Origin: Gaiellaceae bacterium
Lineage (GTDB): Bacteria > Actinomycetota > Thermoleophilia > Gaiellales > Gaiellaceae
Reading direction: 5' to 3'
Length of the DNA stretch: 64,000 nucleotides
Assembly: GCA_040902725.1 (NCBI GenBank)
Contig: JBBDWU010000045.1
Coordinates: forward strand, 3,341 to 67,340
Numbering within the stretch: the stretch's first letter is position 1; every line of letters starts with the position of its first letter. The notes under the pieces are model-generated. The model did no database searches, was not told the origin of the DNA, and was given only the letters and a program-made list of their open reading frames with translations. Below, piece after piece: positions 54,033 through 63,477 of this stretch. Made by a program: the position numbers and the translations under genes.

Positions 54033-55031
54033 TCATTCCGTCGTGGGGGCCTGAGAGCGCGCCGATGCTACCACGCGCTCCCCGAGGCGCTGGCCGAGTC
54101 GTTCCACCACGCGGTGCTCCACTCCGCGGGCCGCGAGGCGGATGGCGTTGGCGATCGCCGTGCGGCCGGAATTTCCGTGGGCGATGACGGAGAGGCCGCG
54201 CAGGCCCAGCAGGTACGCGCCGCCGTACGTGTCCGGGTCGAGGCGCGCTCGGAGCTTCCGCGCGGCCGGGCGGATGAGCAGTCCGCCGGCCTTGCCGCGG
54301 GCGGTGGAGGCGATCTCCGCGCGCATCGCGTCGAGCAGCGTCAGGATCGTCCCCTCCAGCAGCTTCAGGCAGACGTTGCCCGTGAACCCGTCCGTGACGA
54401 CGACGTCGGCAGCGCCGGCGAGGAGGGCGCGGCTCTCGACGTTGCCCTTGAAGGGGAGGCTCCCCGCCGCGAGCAGGCCGTGGGCTTCGAGCGTCAGCGC
54501 GTTGCCCTTCTCGGGTTCCTCGCCGATCGAGAGCAGCCCGATCCCGGGCGAACGGACGTCGAGCACCTCCTCGGCGAAGATCGCGCCCATGTGCGCGAAC
54601 TGGAGCAGGTGCTCCGGCCGCGCGTCCGCGTTCGCGCCGGAGTCGATCAGGACGGACGGGCCGCGCTGGGTGGGGATGACGACCGCGATCGCCGGTCGCA
54701 TGACGCCCTGCAGGCGGCGGATCTCGACGAGGCCGGCCGCGAGCATCGCGCCGGTGTTTCCGGCCGAGAGCACGGCGTCTGCCTCGCCCTCGCCGACGGC
54801 GCGGCAGGCGCGCACGAGCGAGCTGTCCGGCTTGCCGCGGACGGCCTCCGCCGGCTTCTCGTCCATCGCGATCTCCTGCGTCGTCTCGACGAGGGGCAGC
54901 CCGCCCGTCTCGAGCCCCGCCGGGCCGTACAGGACGGGCTGAACGCCGTCGGACGCGGCTTCGAGCGCGCCCGCGACGACCTCCTCGGGTGCCCGGTCGC
55001 CTCCCAGCGCGTCGACCGCGACGCGGATCAT
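54033..55031 (-). CDS. plsX: Phosphate acyltransferase PlsX
   Basis: MIRVAVDALGGDRAPEEVV..SAGNTGA..NGA.LLGL.G..V..HG.S. Confidence 0.92.
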   Translation of the reverse strand: MIRVAVDALGGDRAPEEVVAGALEAASDGVQPVLYGPAGLETGGLPLVETTQEIAMDEKPAEAVRGKPDSSLVRACRAVGEGEADAVLSAGNTGAMLAAGLVEIRRLQGVMRPAIAVVIPTQRGPSVLIDSGANADARPEHLLQFAHMGAIFAEEVLDVRSPGIGLLSIGEEPEKGNALTLEAHGLLAAGSLPFKGNVESRALLAGAADVVVTDGFTGNVCLKLLEGTILTLLDAMRAEIASTARGKAGGLLIRPAARKLRARLDPDTYGGAYLLGLRGLSVIAHGNSGRTAIANAIRLAARGVEHRVVERLGQRLGERVVASARSQAPTTE

Positions 55032-55048
55032 CCGGTGATCCTAGGCGT

Positions 55049-55237
55049 CTAGGGGGCGTCGTACCGGAGCGGCTCGACCTCGCGGCCCCTGTACGTCTTG
55101 CACGTCGGGCAGACGCGGTGAGCGCGCTTCGGCTGGCCGCACGCAGGGCAGACGTTGACGCGCGGCGCTTCGATGCCGTGCTGCGCGCGGCGCTTGTCGC
55201 GCCTGGACTTCGACGTCTTTCGCTTGGGGACGGCCAT
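55049..55237 (-). CDS. rpmF: 50S ribosomal protein L32 (Zn-ribbon form)
   Basis: [27 protein letters not shown]. Confidence 0.93.
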   Translation of the reverse strand: MAVPKRKTSKSRRDKRRAQHGIEAPRVNVCPACGQPKRAHRVCPTCKTYRGREVEPLRYDAP

Positions 55238-55254
55238 GAGCCGCGGCAGTGTAG

Positions 55255-55764
55255 CTACTGCAGCTTCTCTTTCAGCTGCGCGAGCGCCTCCCAGCGAGGG
55301 TCGACGCTCTCCTCCTCGTGCTCGTGCGGCTCGACGTTCAGGTCCTTGCCGCAGACGGGACAGAGGCCGGCGCAGTCGGGGCGGCAGAGGATCTGCTCCG
55401 GCAGCGACAGCGCCAGCGCGTCGCGCGCCCAGGCGGAGAGGTCGAGCCGGTCGTCCTCGATGTACGGCGTCCGCAGCTCCTCGTCGTCGGGGCTATTCGC
55501 CTGGTATTCGCGCGCGGGGATCGTCCGCTCGACGACGGCGTCGGCGAGGCAGCGCTGGCAGGGGCCGTGCAGCCGCCCTGTGAAGCGCAACTCGAAGAGC
55601 ATGCCGGTCGAGGTGCGGCTGATCGTCAGCTCCGCGCCGGGCTTCTCCGGCACCGGCAGGTACCGCTGCCCGCCGAGGGTCAGCGGCTCGAGCTCGATCT
55701 CCTGCTCGTCCCGGTGCTGCTCGCCCGACCGGAGCCTGACACGGCGAAGGTCGAGGCTGGTCAT
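55255..55764 (-). CDS. yceD: YceD/DUF177 family protein
   Basis: ATG 55764 gives ..[24 protein letters not shown], in the conserved position upstream of rpmF. Confidence 0.85.
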   Translation of the reverse strand: MTSLDLRRVRLRSGEQHRDEQEIELEPLTLGGQRYLPVPEKPGAELTISRTSTGMLFELRFTGRLHGPCQRCLADAVVERTIPAREYQANSPDDEELRTPYIEDDRLDLSAWARDALALSLPEQILCRPDCAGLCPVCGKDLNVEPHEHEEESVDPRWEALAQLKEKLQ

Positions 55765-55893
55765 GACCCGGCCAGCGTAGCGCGGCGCCGGGCCGCCTCG
55801 TAAGGCCTGTGTAAAGGGAGCGATCAGGCTGAGCTTAAGCGCGTCCCTTAGGGGGAACAGGAGGTACTCAGGACCAACCAAGGGGGGAACCGC

Positions 55894-56703
55894 ATGCGCA
55901 CGACCTCAACCTCAAGCGCGCGCCGCCTCAAGCTCGGCGCGCTTCTCGGGCTCGCCGCGATCGGCGCGGCCGCGTTCGTCGCGCTCGGCTACGCGGCACC
56001 GAACCAGACGTCCGCCCAGGCTCAGTACGCGCCCGCCAACACGGTGGCGCCGACGATCTCGGACACGACGCCGGAGCGCGGCCAGACGCTGACGGCGGGG
56101 AACGGGACCTGGACCGGCGACCAGCCGATCGTGTTCACGTACCGGTGGCTCCGCTGCAATCCGGCCGGGAACAACTGCGTCGACATCCCCGCCGCGACCA
56201 GCCAAACCTACACGGTGCAGACCGCCGACATCGACAACACGCTCCGCGTTCGCGTGACGGGCACGAACTCGACCGGCTCGAGCTCGGCGCAGTCCGCCGC
56301 GACCTCCAGGGTCACGCCCGCAGTCCCCGCGACGGGCACCGTGCCGGTGGCGGCCGTCACGCAGCCGAACCGCCTCAACATCGACCAGGTGCGGTTCAGC
56401 CCGAACCCGATCCGGCTCTCCACGCAGTCCATCGAAGTCCGCGTGCACGTGCTGGAGGCAAGCGGGCGTCCGGTCAGCGGCGCGCTCGTATTCGTCCGCT
56501 CCACGCCGCTCGTCACCGACAGCGCCGGCGAGGCCACCACCGGTAGCGACGGCTGGGCGACGGTACGGCTCGTCCGGCGATCGAACTACAACATCATCCG
56601 GTTCCAGGACAACCTGCAGATCTTCGTTCGGGCCCGCAAGGCCGGGGAAGACCTCCAGGCCGGCGTCTCGAGCCGGCGCCTGGTGCAGGTCTCGATCGGC
56701 TAG
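55894..56703 (+). CDS. Secreted protein with an Ig-like repeat domain
   Basis: It has a signal peptide (RRLKLGALLGLAAIGAAAFVALGYA). The motif P.ISDTTPERGQTLTAGNGTWTGDQPIVFTYRWLRCNPAGNNCVDIPAATSQTYTV..D..LRVRVTGTN follows, then a second beta-rich domain. The SD ggggg lies before ATG 55894, and local GC content is lower. Confidence 0.7.
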   Translation: MRTTSTSSARRLKLGALLGLAAIGAAAFVALGYAAPNQTSAQAQYAPANTVAPTISDTTPERGQTLTAGNGTWTGDQPIVFTYRWLRCNPAGNNCVDIPAATSQTYTVQTADIDNTLRVRVTGTNSTGSSSAQSAATSRVTPAVPATGTVPVAAVTQPNRLNIDQVRFSPNPIRLSTQSIEVRVHVLEASGRPVSGALVFVRSTPLVTDSAGEATTGSDGWATVRLVRRSNYNIIRFQDNLQIFVRARKAGEDLQAGVSSRRLVQVSIG

Positions 56704-58037
56704 CGGACGGTACCGAGCGGATTCAGGCGCGCCGCCCGCTCCAGGGCGGCGCGCCGCTCCGCGCCCGCCGAGACGCGCGCGAGCGCGATCCAGAGCTCCG
56801 GGTCGCCGGGGTCGCGCTCGAGCGCCTCGCGCAGGCTCTCGCGCGCGGCGGCGTCGTCCCCCTGCGCTTCCTGCGCCAGCGCCAGGCGCTCCCACGGCTC
56901 CGCGGCCCAGGGCGCCGCATCTGCGGCTCGCCGCGCCCAGCGCGCGCTCACGTCCCAGTCGCTCTCCTGCGCGGCGGCGGCGCTGCGGCCGAGCAGGGCG
57001 TTTCCGGCCAAGGCGAAGGCCGCAAGCGCGGCGAGCGCCGCGGTTGCCGCCAGCGCGGGGGCGCGTGGCAGGCGCACGCCCGTCCCGGGAAGGGACGCGG
57101 CGGCTGCCGCGAGCGCAGAGACGACGAGCACGGCCTGCTCCCAGTCCCAGTCGAGCGCGGCATGCACGAGGAAGGCGACGTACGCGCCGGTCGCCGCGGG
57201 CGAGCGCGCCCGCCAGGCCAGTGGAACGGCCAGCGCGCCCAGCAGCAGCGCAAGGCCGAGCGGCCCGAGCTCCGCAAGCGTCTCGAGGTAGAGGTTGTGT
57301 GCATCCCGAGCGGCCTGGCCCGTGGGCCGCTCGCGCAGCCAGGTGCGCTCGAAGGTGCCGGCGCCCTCCCCGAGGACGGGCGCGTCGCGGGCCGCCCCGA
57401 GCGCCACCGACCAGTAGGCGTCCCGCGGCGACCAGTCTGTCGCCCCCAGGGCCAGCGCGAGAGCCAGGCCCGCCAGGACGACGGCCACGGGCGCCCGGCG
57501 CCCCCGGCGTGCGGCGAGCGCTCCCGCGAAGCCGACCGCGAGCGCGAGCCAGGCGCCCCGCGAGTCCGTTCGGACGACCACGACGAGCAGAAGCGGCACG
57601 GCGACCAGCAGCGGGGGATGCCGGAACGCGAGCACGATCGCCAGCGCGGCCAGGAGCGCCAGGCCGTTCGTGTAGCCCACGGGCTCGGCGTCCCCGGCGG
57701 CGAGGTTCCAGATCGCGATCACGGCGGCCGCGAGAACGACGCCCGCCGTGAGGCCCCGCGAGGAGCCGAGCACGACGAAGGCGCCGAGCGCCAACACGTA
57801 AAGGAGCCCCCGCTCGGCCTCGAGCGCGGACAAGGGCACGCTGTCCGACCACACGCTCGAGAGGAGCGCCCACGCGGTGAAAGCGGCGAGGAGAGCGAGC
57901 ATCGCCAGCGCTCCCCACCCAGCTTCGAGCCGCCGCCGGAGCAGGAGCCCGGCGGCCGCCGCCCAGGCAAGCCCGAGCGACGCCCAGCCCCACGACTGGG
58001 GGAAGTAGCCGCCGTCGGCAATCGCCAGGCCGCCCAC
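56700..58037 (-). CDS. O-antigen ligase (Wzy_C)-like polytopic membrane protein with C-terminal TPR
   Basis: It has many TM segments, with DSRGAWLALAVG..GAGTFERTW..DAHNLYLETLAELG. The C-terminal soluble repeats are ALAQEAQGDDAAARESLREALERDPGDPELWIALARV. The start is taken at GTG 58037, because the longer track ORF overlaps the nitroreductase gene. Confidence 0.75.
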   Translation of the reverse strand: MGGLAIADGGYFPQSWGWASLGLAWAAAAGLLLRRRLEAGWGALAMLALLAAFTAWALLSSVWSDSVPLSALEAERGLLYVLALGAFVVLGSSRGLTAGVVLAAAVIAIWNLAAGDAEPVGYTNGLALLAALAIVLAFRHPPLLVAVPLLLVVVVRTDSRGAWLALAVGFAGALAARRGRRAPVAVVLAGLALALALGATDWSPRDAYWSVALGAARDAPVLGEGAGTFERTWLRERPTGQAARDAHNLYLETLAELGPLGLALLLGALAVPLAWRARSPAATGAYVAFLVHAALDWDWEQAVLVVSALAAAAASLPGTGVRLPRAPALAATAALAALAAFALAGNALLGRSAAAAQESDWDVSARWARRAADAAPWAAEPWERLALAQEAQGDDAAARESLREALERDPGDPELWIALARVSAGAERRAALERAARLNPLGTVR

Positions 58038-58057
58038 CGCGGCCGCGGCGAGGGCAG

Positions 58058-58552
58058 CTACCGCCGCGTCACGAACTCGCCGAGCGGCTGCCGATTCGCC
58101 TGCGCGCTCCACTCCTCCGCCGGTCGCGACTCCGGGTCCCGAGGCCGGGCCGGGTAGCCGAGCGAGAGAACGATCCCGACCTCGCCCTCCTCCAGGTCGA
58201 GCGCCTCGGCTACTGCGGCGGCGTCCTCGATCCCGTTCGGGCACGAGGCGACGCCCTCGTTCCAGGCCGTCAGCATCATGTTCTGGGCGGCGCGGCCGAG
58301 GTCGAAGCCCTTGCCCACGATCGCGAGGACGAGCGCGGCGCCGCGGATGTTGCCGGGCTCGTAGACCGCCTCAGCGAGCCGCTCGCGCCGCTCGGGGCTC
58401 TCGACGAGCAGGAAGCGCCACGGCTGCCGGTTCGAGCCGCTGCCGCTCAGGCGGCCGGCGTCGAGGATCCGCTCCACGACATCCACCGGAAGCGGCCGCT
58501 CTGCGTACCTGCGCTCGTCGCGCTTGCTGGCGACGGCCAGGTAGGTGTCCAC
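58058..58552 (-). CDS. Nitroreductase-family protein
   Basis: KRDERRYAERPLP..ILDAGRLSGSGSNRQPWRFLLV..NMMLTAWNEGVASCP. Confidence 0.85.
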   Translation of the reverse strand: MDTYLAVASKRDERRYAERPLPVDVVERILDAGRLSGSGSNRQPWRFLLVESPERRERLAEAVYEPGNIRGAALVLAIVGKGFDLGRAAQNMMLTAWNEGVASCPNGIEDAAAVAEALDLEEGEVGIVLSLGYPARPRDPESRPAEEWSAQANRQPLGEFVTRR

Positions 58553-58561
58553 CCTCGCGGC

Positions 58562-59062
58562 CTAGGTGAAGGAGTCTTCGTCGAGCTCGGGGCCGACGCC
58601 GGCCACGACCGTCTCCTGGGAGCGCTCGTGCAGCCGCTCGCGCCCGCGCTTGACCGCGGCGAGGAACTTGTCGAGGTTGACCTCGAGCGTCGAGAGGATC
58701 CCGTCGGCCCAGTCCTCGATCTCGAGGCGCATCTCGCGGGCCTGGCGGCGGGCGTCATCGATGATCTCCTGGGCCTGCCGCTCGGCGATCTTGACGATCT
58801 CGGTCTGCGAGGCCTCGCGCACTGCCTGCTCGCGCGCCTCCTGCAGCAGCCGATCGGTCTCGCGCTTCGCCTCGGCCAGCATCTCCTGCCGCTCCTTGAC
58901 GATCCAGCGGGCCTGCTTGATCTCCTCGGGGATCGTCGCGCGCATCTGATCGAGGATGTCGTAGATCTCCTCGCGGTCGATCCGCACCTGGTCGGTGAGC
59001 GGGACGGCCTTCGCGTTGTGCACGAGGTCGTCGAGCTTGTCGATGAGAACGAGGACGTCCAT
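58562..59062 (-). CDS. Coiled-coil protein (ATP-synthase-b/E-like annotation class), hypothetical
   Basis: ATG 59062 gives MDVLVLIDKLDDLVHNAKAVPLTDQVRIDREEIYDILDQMRATIPEEIKQARWIVKERQEMLAEAKRE.. It sits in the conserved position downstream of coaD. Confidence 0.6.
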   Translation of the reverse strand: MDVLVLIDKLDDLVHNAKAVPLTDQVRIDREEIYDILDQMRATIPEEIKQARWIVKERQEMLAEAKRETDRLLQEAREQAVREASQTEIVKIAERQAQEIIDDARRQAREMRLEIEDWADGILSTLEVNLDKFLAAVKRGRERLHERSQETVVAGVGPELDEDSFT

Positions 59063-59072
59063 GGCTCGAAGT

Positions 59073-59588
59073 CTACTCCTGGGGGTTTTCCGGGGTCCCG
59101 GGCCGCCCGTCCGGGAAGAGCTCCCGCAGGCGGCGCGCAACCGCGTCTGGGACGAGTTCGTCCACCTTTCCGCCAAAGGCGGCGATCTCCTTCACGCCGC
59201 TCGACGAGACGAAGCTGACCTCCGCGCTCGCCATCACGTAAACGGTCTCGATGTCGGGAGCGAGCGTCCGGTTGAGCTGGTTCATCTGGAACTCCCACTC
59301 GAAGTCCGAGATCACGCGCAGGCCCTTCACGATCACGCGTGCCTCCCACTTGCGGGCGAAGTCGACCACGAGCTCGGAGAAGACGTCCACCTCGACGTTC
59401 TCGTGATGCGCGAGCGCGACGCGAAGGAACTCGACGCGCTCGTCGACGGAAAAGAGCGTCTGCTTGTGGCGCGGGTCGCGGACGACGCCGACCACGACGC
59501 GGTCGAAGACACTCGCAGCGCGGCCGATCACGTCGACGTGCCCGTTCGTGACGGGGTCGTAGGAGCCGGGACAGATGGCGGTGTTCAC
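59073..59588 (-). CDS. coaD: Phosphopantetheine adenylyltransferase
   Basis: AICPGSYDPVTNGHVDVI..VKGLR...DFE.E..M...N..L..ET.....S....VSSS.VKE. Confidence 0.93.
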   Translation of the reverse strand: MNTAICPGSYDPVTNGHVDVIGRAASVFDRVVVGVVRDPRHKQTLFSVDERVEFLRVALAHHENVEVDVFSELVVDFARKWEARVIVKGLRVISDFEWEFQMNQLNRTLAPDIETVYVMASAEVSFVSSSGVKEIAAFGGKVDELVPDAVARRLRELFPDGRPGTPENPQE

Positions 59589-60112
59589 GGCTGCCAGAGG
59601 GTAATCCGTGCAGCCCCGTAGCGGCGCGAGGTGCGCAGCGGCAACGCCAGCTCGGGCTCGGGATCGCGGGCGGGGGTCTCGAGGACGACGACCGCGTGGG
59701 GCGAGAGCCGCGGCGGCAGGTAGCGCTCGAGCGTCGGCCTGAGCGCCTCGTAGGCCCCGTAGGGCGGGTCGCAGAGCACGAGGTCGTAGGTGCCCGTGTC
59801 CGTCGCGAGGAAGCGGAGCGCGTCGGAGTTGACGAGGCGGGCGCCGGTGAGGTCGAGCTTGTCGAGGTTGCGCTCGATTGTGCGGTGGGCGTCCCGGTCG
59901 GCCTCGACGAAGACGGCGCTCGCCGCGCCGCGCGAGAGCGCTTCCAGGCCCATGGCGCCCGATCCCGCGAACAGGTCGAGCACCCGGGCGCCCTCGACCG
60001 GCCCGATCAGGTTGAAGGCCGCCTCGCGCGCGCGGTCGGAGGTGGGTCGCGTCTCGCGGCCCTTGGGGGCGAAGATGCGCGCCCCCTTACGCGAGCCCGC
60101 GATGATCCGCAT
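59585..60112 (-). CDS. rsmD: 16S rRNA (guanine966-N2)-methyltransferase RsmD
   Basis: MRIIAGSRKGARI..TRPTSDRAREAAFN..LDLFAGSGAMGLEALSRGA..DPPY. Confidence 0.9.
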   Translation of the reverse strand: MRIIAGSRKGARIFAPKGRETRPTSDRAREAAFNLIGPVEGARVLDLFAGSGAMGLEALSRGAASAVFVEADRDAHRTIERNLDKLDLTGARLVNSDALRFLATDTGTYDLVLCDPPYGAYEALRPTLERYLPPRLSPHAVVVLETPARDPEPELALPLRTSRRYGAARITLWQP

Positions 60113-62228
60113 CGCCGAAGACGCGCGCGACCTCGCCGTCGAGCGGTCCGGACGTGTCCACGAGCCCGGCGGCCGCCACACGCGCCTGCTCGAGCAAGGG
60201 CCGGTCGGCGCGCAGGCGCGCGAAGCGGAAGTCCGAGACCCCGTGCTGGATCGTGCCGAGCAGGTGCCCCTCCCCACGCAGCTCCAGGTCGACCTCGGCG
60301 AGCTCGAAGCCGTCGTTCGTCGCCACCAGCGCCTCGAGACGCTGGGCGGCCGCGTCCGTCAGCTCCTCCTTCCGCCGGGAAACCAGCAGGCAGTACGACT
60401 GCTCCGCCCCGCGCCCGACGCGCCCGCGCAGCTGGTGGAGCTGCGCCAGGCCGAAGCGGTCGGCTTCCTGGACGATCATCACCGTCGCGTTGGCGACGTC
60501 GACGCCGACCTCGATCACCGTCGTGGCCACGAGCACGTCGAGATCGCGCGCCTTGAAGCGCGCCATCAGCGCCCGCCGGTCGGCCGGCTTCAGCTTCCCG
60601 TGCAGGCACGCGACCCGAAAGCCCTTCAGCTCGTGCTTTGCCAGCCGCTCGGCCTCCTGCTCGGCCGCGCGCGCGCGGCTCGTCTCCGACTGCTCGATCA
60701 GCGGGCAGACGACGTAGGCCTGGCGGCCTTCCCGCAGCAGGCGCGTCAGCCGCGTGTAGGTGGCGGAGGCACGCTCCTCCGGAATCCAGGCGGTCACGAC
60801 CGGCCTCCGGCCGGCCGGCGGCTTCGAGATCTCGCTCACCTGAAGGTCGCCGTAGACGGTGAGGGCGAGCGTGCGCGGGATCGGCGTCGCCGTCATGTGG
60901 AGGACGTGCGGCGAGCTGCTGGAGACGAGCGCCTGCCGCTGCTCGACGCCGAAGCGGTGCTGCTCGTCGACGACGGCCACGGCCAGGTCGTCGAGCGCCA
61001 CCCCTTCCTGGATCAGCGCGTGGGTGCCGACGAGCAGCTGCGCGCCCGCGCCGGCCCGCCGCTCCCGCGCCGGGACGGAGCTGGTCAGCAGCGCGCACGT
61101 GACGCCAAGCTCGCCGCAGATCGCCTCGAGGGTGAGGAAGTGCTGCTCCGCGAGCGTCTCCGTGGGCGCCATCAGCGCGCCGCGGAGGCCGTTCTCGACC
61201 GCCCGCAGCAGCGCGTAGATCGCCACCACCGTCTTCCCCGAGCCGACGTCGCCCTGGAGCAGGCGCTGCATCGGCACCGTGCGCGCCAGGTCGTCGTCGA
61301 GCTCGCGGATCGCCTTCTCCTGGTGCGGCGTGAGCGCGAACGGGAGCGCCTTGCGGTAGCGGAGGATGAGATCGCCGGGCGGGCCGAGCGCCGGCGCGAC
61401 CGTCTGCTCGCGCGCGCGGCCGCGGCGCGCCAGGCCGAGCTGGAGGACGAGCAGCTCGTCGAAGGCGAGCCGCGCGCGGCCCCGCTCCGCCTCCCCTGGC
61501 TCCCGCGGGCGGTGGAGCGCGATCAGCGCGTCGGCGCGGAGCGGCAGCCCCTCCGAGTCCCGCAGCGCGGCCGGCAGCGGGTCGGGCAGGTCGGCGGCGT
61601 GCGGGAGCGCGGCCTCCACGAGCCGGCGAACCAGGCCGGAGGTGACGTCCTCGCTCGCGGGATAGACCGGGACGAGCCCCGGCGGCGAGGCCGCCTCGAG
61701 CACGTCGTGCGAGCGGACGGTGAAGGCTCCGCGGCGCAGGCTGCCGATCAGCCGGACGCGGACGCCGGGCTTCAGCCGGTCCGGCACCCAGGGCTGGTTG
61801 AACCAGACGCAATCGAGCTCGCCGCTCGCGTCGGCGATCCGGGCGTTCTGGATCGTCATTCGCCCGCGCCCGCGCCGGCTCGACGACCGCAGCACCTCGC
61901 CCTCGATCACGGCCTCGTCCTCGCCGAAGAGGTCGACGATCCGCTGCGCCTCCACGTAGCGGCGCGGCCGGTGCCGGAGCAGGTCGCCGAAGGTCTCAAG
62001 GCCCAGCTTCGCCAGGCGCTTGCGCACGGTCGGCCCGACCCCGGGCAGCGAGTCGAGCTGCTGCTCGAGCCGCTCCGGGCGAGGCGCCCCACGCGGTCGC
62101 GGCCACTCCCGTACCGGGTCCAGGCTCGCGAACCCCGTCGGCCGACGGGTCGAGTTTGAGACGGTCACGACCAGCGCGATCCGAGTATAGGAACCGGGTC
62201 CGGACGGCACGAGCCAGGCCCTAGACAC
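60087..62228 (-). CDS. recG: ATP-dependent DNA helicase RecG
   Basis: LPGVGPTVRKRL (HhH), a wedge/OB region, LLQGDVGSGKTVVA, DEQHRFGV, MTATPIPRTL and HQLRGRVGRG. The N-terminal start is uncertain. Confidence 0.9.
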   Translation of the reverse strand: MSRAWLVPSGPGSYTRIALVVTVSNSTRRPTGFASLDPVREWPRPRGAPRPERLEQQLDSLPGVGPTVRKRLAKLGLETFGDLLRHRPRRYVEAQRIVDLFGEDEAVIEGEVLRSSSRRGRGRMTIQNARIADASGELDCVWFNQPWVPDRLKPGVRVRLIGSLRRGAFTVRSHDVLEAASPPGLVPVYPASEDVTSGLVRRLVEAALPHAADLPDPLPAALRDSEGLPLRADALIALHRPREPGEAERGRARLAFDELLVLQLGLARRGRAREQTVAPALGPPGDLILRYRKALPFALTPHQEKAIRELDDDLARTVPMQRLLQGDVGSGKTVVAIYALLRAVENGLRGALMAPTETLAEQHFLTLEAICGELGVTCALLTSSVPARERRAGAGAQLLVGTHALIQEGVALDDLAVAVVDEQHRFGVEQRQALVSSSSPHVLHMTATPIPRTLALTVYGDLQVSEISKPPAGRRPVVTAWIPEERASATYTRLTRLLREGRQAYVVCPLIEQSETSRARAAEQEAERLAKHELKGFRVACLHGKLKPADRRALMARFKARDLDVLVATTVIEVGVDVANATVMIVQEADRFGLAQLHQLRGRVGRGAEQSYCLLVSRRKEELTDAAAQRLEALVATNDGFELAEVDLELRGEGHLLGTIQHGVSDFRFARLRADRPLLEQARVAAAGLVDTSGPLDGEVARVFGDADHRGLA

Positions 62229-62256
62229 GGGCCTCGGCGGGGCTTACGGTCCGCCC

Positions 62257-63477
62257 GTGCGTCTTGCGGCGGCCGCACTCCTCAGTTCACTCGTGGTCCC
62301 CGCGCTCACGGGGCCTCCGGAGCGCGTCGCGCCGTCCGTTCGCCTCGCCGCCTGGCCTGGCGGCTTCGCCGTCACCAACGACGACGGCATCTGGACGGTC
62401 AGGACGCGCTGTGGGGTCGAACGGGGCCGGTCGGCCGGCCCGGGCTACATCTCCGAGCTCGTCACCACTGACGGTCACGTGCTGGTGAACGACTCGCGGC
62501 GGCAGCGCGGCACGCTGAACGATCCGGCCTTCGGCGGGCTCGGCGCCTTCGGCTGGCACCACGCGCGCGGCCGCGCCGGGCGGCTCCGCTTCAACGCGGG
62601 CAACGCCTGGGAGATCAGCGGCCGCGTCTGCGCGCGCCGGAACCACGGCTTCGGCGTAGTGCGGACGCGCGTGACCGAACAGCCGGTGACGCGGGACGGC
62701 GCGGTCACCTTCGCCGTCGCGGTGGACTTCGCCGACGGGTACACGTTCCCGAAGCCGCTCCTGCGCGCGACGTATCGCTACCGCTTCGAGCGGTCGGTCG
62801 TGAAGAGCTGGGTCGAGGTCACGCCGCTCTGCCCCCGCGGGCGTTGCGGGCGCACGCGGCTGGCCGCCTTCGTGAAGGAGCCGAAGCTCGTGGCGCACGT
62901 GACCGGCGGCCGCTTCACGCGGATGGCCACCTTCGCGGAGGACGGGTCGCTCGTCTGCGTCTACGTCGGCGCAGGGCCGGCCCAGGGGCCGATCCTCAAG
63001 ACGGGCCAGTGCGACGCGCCCGGCCGCACGCGGCTCCAGCTCGACTACGGGTCGGCGGTCAGCCAGCTCGAGGGCGGGTGCGAGTCACGGCCCTGCCTGA
63101 ACATCGTCATGCGCTCCTACGAGGGGCGCCACGGCGGGCCGACCGGTGCGTGGGGCGAGGGCGGGCTCGACGACTGGGCGCTCTCCGCGGCGGCTCGCCC
63201 GGCCGCCTTCCGGCGCGACACGCCGTCGGGCGACGGGCTCGTCTGGGGCTGCCACTCGCTCAGCACCGCCGACGAGCGCGTGCGCCGCTGGGAGACCGCG
63301 GCGCGGCGCGGGCCGAGGGGCCGCTACACCGCCGCGGGCGGGCTCTTCCCCGCGTGGGAGGGCGGTCGCGGCGGCTATGACTGCGAGCCGCTCGCCCGCA
63401 CGTTCGGGCCCGCCGGCGAGCGTTTCCGGGTCTTCGCCTCCTACTCGGTCGGGGAGGGCTGGGAAGACCTGGACTAG
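62257..63477 (+). CDS. Hypothetical secreted Cys-rich protein (406 aa)
   Basis: It has a signal-like N-terminus (MRLAAAALLSSLVVPALTG). The composition is non-shadow (W, Y, F, N present) with scattered Cys. TACGGT lies 6 nt upstream of GTG 62257. I recognise no family. Confidence 0.55.
   Translation: MRLAAAALLSSLVVPALTGPPERVAPSVRLAAWPGGFAVTNDDGIWTVRTRCGVERGRSAGPGYISELVTTDGHVLVNDSRRQRGTLNDPAFGGLGAFGWHHARGRAGRLRFNAGNAWEISGRVCARRNHGFGVVRTRVTEQPVTRDGAVTFAVAVDFADGYTFPKPLLRATYRYRFERSVVKSWVEVTPLCPRGRCGRTRLAAFVKEPKLVAHVTGGRFTRMATFAEDGSLVCVYVGAGPAQGPILKTGQCDAPGRTRLQLDYGSAVSQLEGGCESRPCLNIVMRSYEGRHGGPTGAWGEGGLDDWALSAAARPAAFRRDTPSGDGLVWGCHSLSTADERVRRWETAARRGPRGRYTAAGGLFPAWEGGRGGYDCEPLARTFGPAGERFRVFASYSVGEGWEDLD

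Noticed and set aside
58038-58244. The longer start of the O-antigen-ligase-like ORF.
   Set aside because: It overlaps the well-supported nitroreductase gene (58058..58552) in another frame, and its sequence is Arg/Gly-rich. GTG 58037 starts directly at the first hydrophobic segment.
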